Source: Thermoanaerobaculia bacterium (lineage in GTDB: Bacteria; Acidobacteriota; Thermoanaerobaculia; Multivoradales; UBA5704). Taken from it: a DNA stretch of 30,130 nt. Below, piece after piece: positions 28,811 to 30,130 of this stretch (positions within the stretch are counted from its first letter, which is position 1; every line of letters starts with the position of its first letter). Position numbers and translations under genes: made by a program. Under the pieces are notes generated by a model. The model had not been told where the DNA came from, did not search any database, and saw only the letters and a list, made by a program, of their open reading frames with translations. The stretch lies in the NCBI GenBank assembly GCA_044226625.1, contig JBGAGQ010000073.1, positions 1 to 30,130 of the forward strand, in the 5' to 3' direction.

Positions 28811-29635
28811 ATGCAGGCGAGTTACGACCCGTTTCTCGTCACGCTGTCCTATCTGGTCTCCGTTTTCGGCGCCTTCACTTCGTTTCGGCTGGCGCTCCGG
28901 CTGAAGGATGCCGAGACGACGTCCGCTGTCGGCTGGCTCGTGGGGGGGGCCTTCGCGATGGGGGGCGGCGCCATCTGGGCGATGCACTTTATCGGCATGG
29001 TGGCCTACAACATGGACATGACGGTGCGCTACGACCTGCGGTACACCGTGGCGTCGCTGCTCCTCGCGGTGCTCATGACCGGTCTCGGCCTCTGGATCGG
29101 CGGCCGCGGCGCCGCGAGCTTGCCGCGGTTGATCGCGAGCGGCGTGTTCATGGGCTTTGGAATCGCCGGAATGCACTATCTCGGGATGGCGGCGATGCGC
29201 ATGCCGGCCGACCTCGAGTACGACCCGTGGCTGGTCGCCCTCTCCCTGGTCATCGCGGTGGTCGCCGGCACGGCGGCGATCTGGCTCGCCTTCAACCTTC
29301 AGGGCGGCTGGCAGCACCTGGGCAGCGCGCCCGTGATGGCCACCGCCGTCTGCGGCATGCACTACACGGGCATGGCCGCCGCCACGATAAAGCCGAACGT
29401 GCGCGAGATGCCCCTCGATTCCGCCGCGCTCTCTCGCGACGACCTCGCCTTCTACGTCTCGCTCGCCGCCGTTACGATGCTTGCGATCCTGCTCTTTACG
29501 GCGCTTCGCGATCGGTTCCTCAGCGAGCCGCTCTACAGGAAGTGGGGCCGTTCCGCGGATCTCGGCGAAATCGACCTTCGGAAGAAATCGGCGAGTGCTC
29601 GAACCCTAACCCAGGGTGGGCCGAGAAAACGATAG
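28811..29635 (+). CDS. Stand-alone MHYT integral-membrane sensor protein
   Basis: Three MHYT repeats IWAMHFIGM, AGMHYLGM, CGMHYTGM. RBS AGGAGGAG. No output domain. Confidence 0.92.
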   Translation: MQASYDPFLVTLSYLVSVFGAFTSFRLALRLKDAETTSAVGWLVGGAFAMGGGAIWAMHFIGMVAYNMDMTVRYDLRYTVASLLLAVLMTGLGLWIGGRGAASLPRLIASGVFMGFGIAGMHYLGMAAMRMPADLEYDPWLVALSLVIAVVAGTAAIWLAFNLQGGWQHLGSAPVMATAVCGMHYTGMAAATIKPNVREMPLDSAALSRDDLAFYVSLAAVTMLAILLFTALRDRFLSEPLYRKWGRSADLGEIDLRKKSASARTLTQGGPRKR

Positions 29636-29685
29636 TTTTTCGGAAACTTTTTTCGATCCCTCGCCGTCCGGCCGTAGGTGCAGTG

Positions 29686-30120
29686 TCAGGAGGTCTGGCT
29701 TTCGGGGGCCGGCTGGCCGGGTGGCGGCCCGGCCCGCCGTTCGAAGCGTAGGGCGAGGCGTAGGATCTCGCGCCGTTGCGCCTCGGCGAACTGGGAGAGT
29801 CGCTGTTCGTACGGGTCGACCGTCCCGGACGCCGCACCGTTCCGCCGGGAGCCTGCTTTCGACAGCTCGGCGAGGAACCCCTCGAGGTGGCGCAGCTCGG
29901 CCGCCGCGGCTCGGATTCCGGCGCGTGCTACGGATTCGCCGAGGACGTGAGGATCGGGCGGGGTGCCCGCTTCCCGGAGCAGCGCCTCGGCGATGAGCTC
30001 GACGATCCGCCGGAGATGGGGAAGTCCGCGGAGCCGCAGCATCACGGTCTCGCGGAACGGAGCCGTTCGCCGGCGCTCCTTTTCCAGCTTGTCGAGGTGT
30101 TTTTCGATCTTCGGGTTCAT
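29686..30120 (-). CDS. Hypothetical helical protein (144 aa)
   Basis: ATG preceded by GAGGA and coding-like codon bias. Convergent with the MHYT gene; no motif recognised. Confidence 0.55.
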   Translation of the reverse strand: MNPKIEKHLDKLEKERRRTAPFRETVMLRLRGLPHLRRIVELIAEALLREAGTPPDPHVLGESVARAGIRAAAAELRHLEGFLAELSKAGSRRNGAASGTVDPYEQRLSQFAEAQRREILRLALRFERRAGPPPGQPAPESQTS

Positions 30121-30130
30121 TCCTCGTCCG

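Overview
High-GC bacterial DNA in two parts. (1) 1-4600: the 3' end of an IS200/Y1 (HUH, RAYT-like) transposase gene, followed by hairpin-based REP-like units. One unit is split by a complete IS3-family element (340-1597). Next come a small lipoprotein and a divergent, K+-independent-type membrane pyrophosphatase (hppA). (2) 5000-29635: a 25 kb signalling island entirely on the + strand. It begins with a PAS histidine kinase, a sigma54 activator with an intact GAFTGA motif, a single-domain response regulator and a second PAS kinase. Then comes a small-GTPase module: a DUF4388/PATAN-roadblock fusion, two stand-alone roadblock proteins and an MglA-like GTPase with a long, possibly pseudokinase-like C-terminal extension. 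After an unannotated 50-aa ORF there is a full Pil-Chp-type chemosensory operon (TPR/Zn-ribbon-PilG, PilH, CheW, PilJ-like MCP, CheR, two-Hpt CheA-REC, CheB, tandem CheW). The island ends with a REC-DUF4388 protein, a 4-PAS hybrid kinase with two atypical receivers and a stand-alone MHYT sensor. Three GG-N10-GC sigma54 promoter candidates and a tandem enhancer-like site suggest local control by the encoded activator. The best candidate for an undescribed system is the physical coupling of an MglA/roadblock polarity-type switch to a Pil-Chp pathway. All family calls come from motif recognition by eye; no searches were run.
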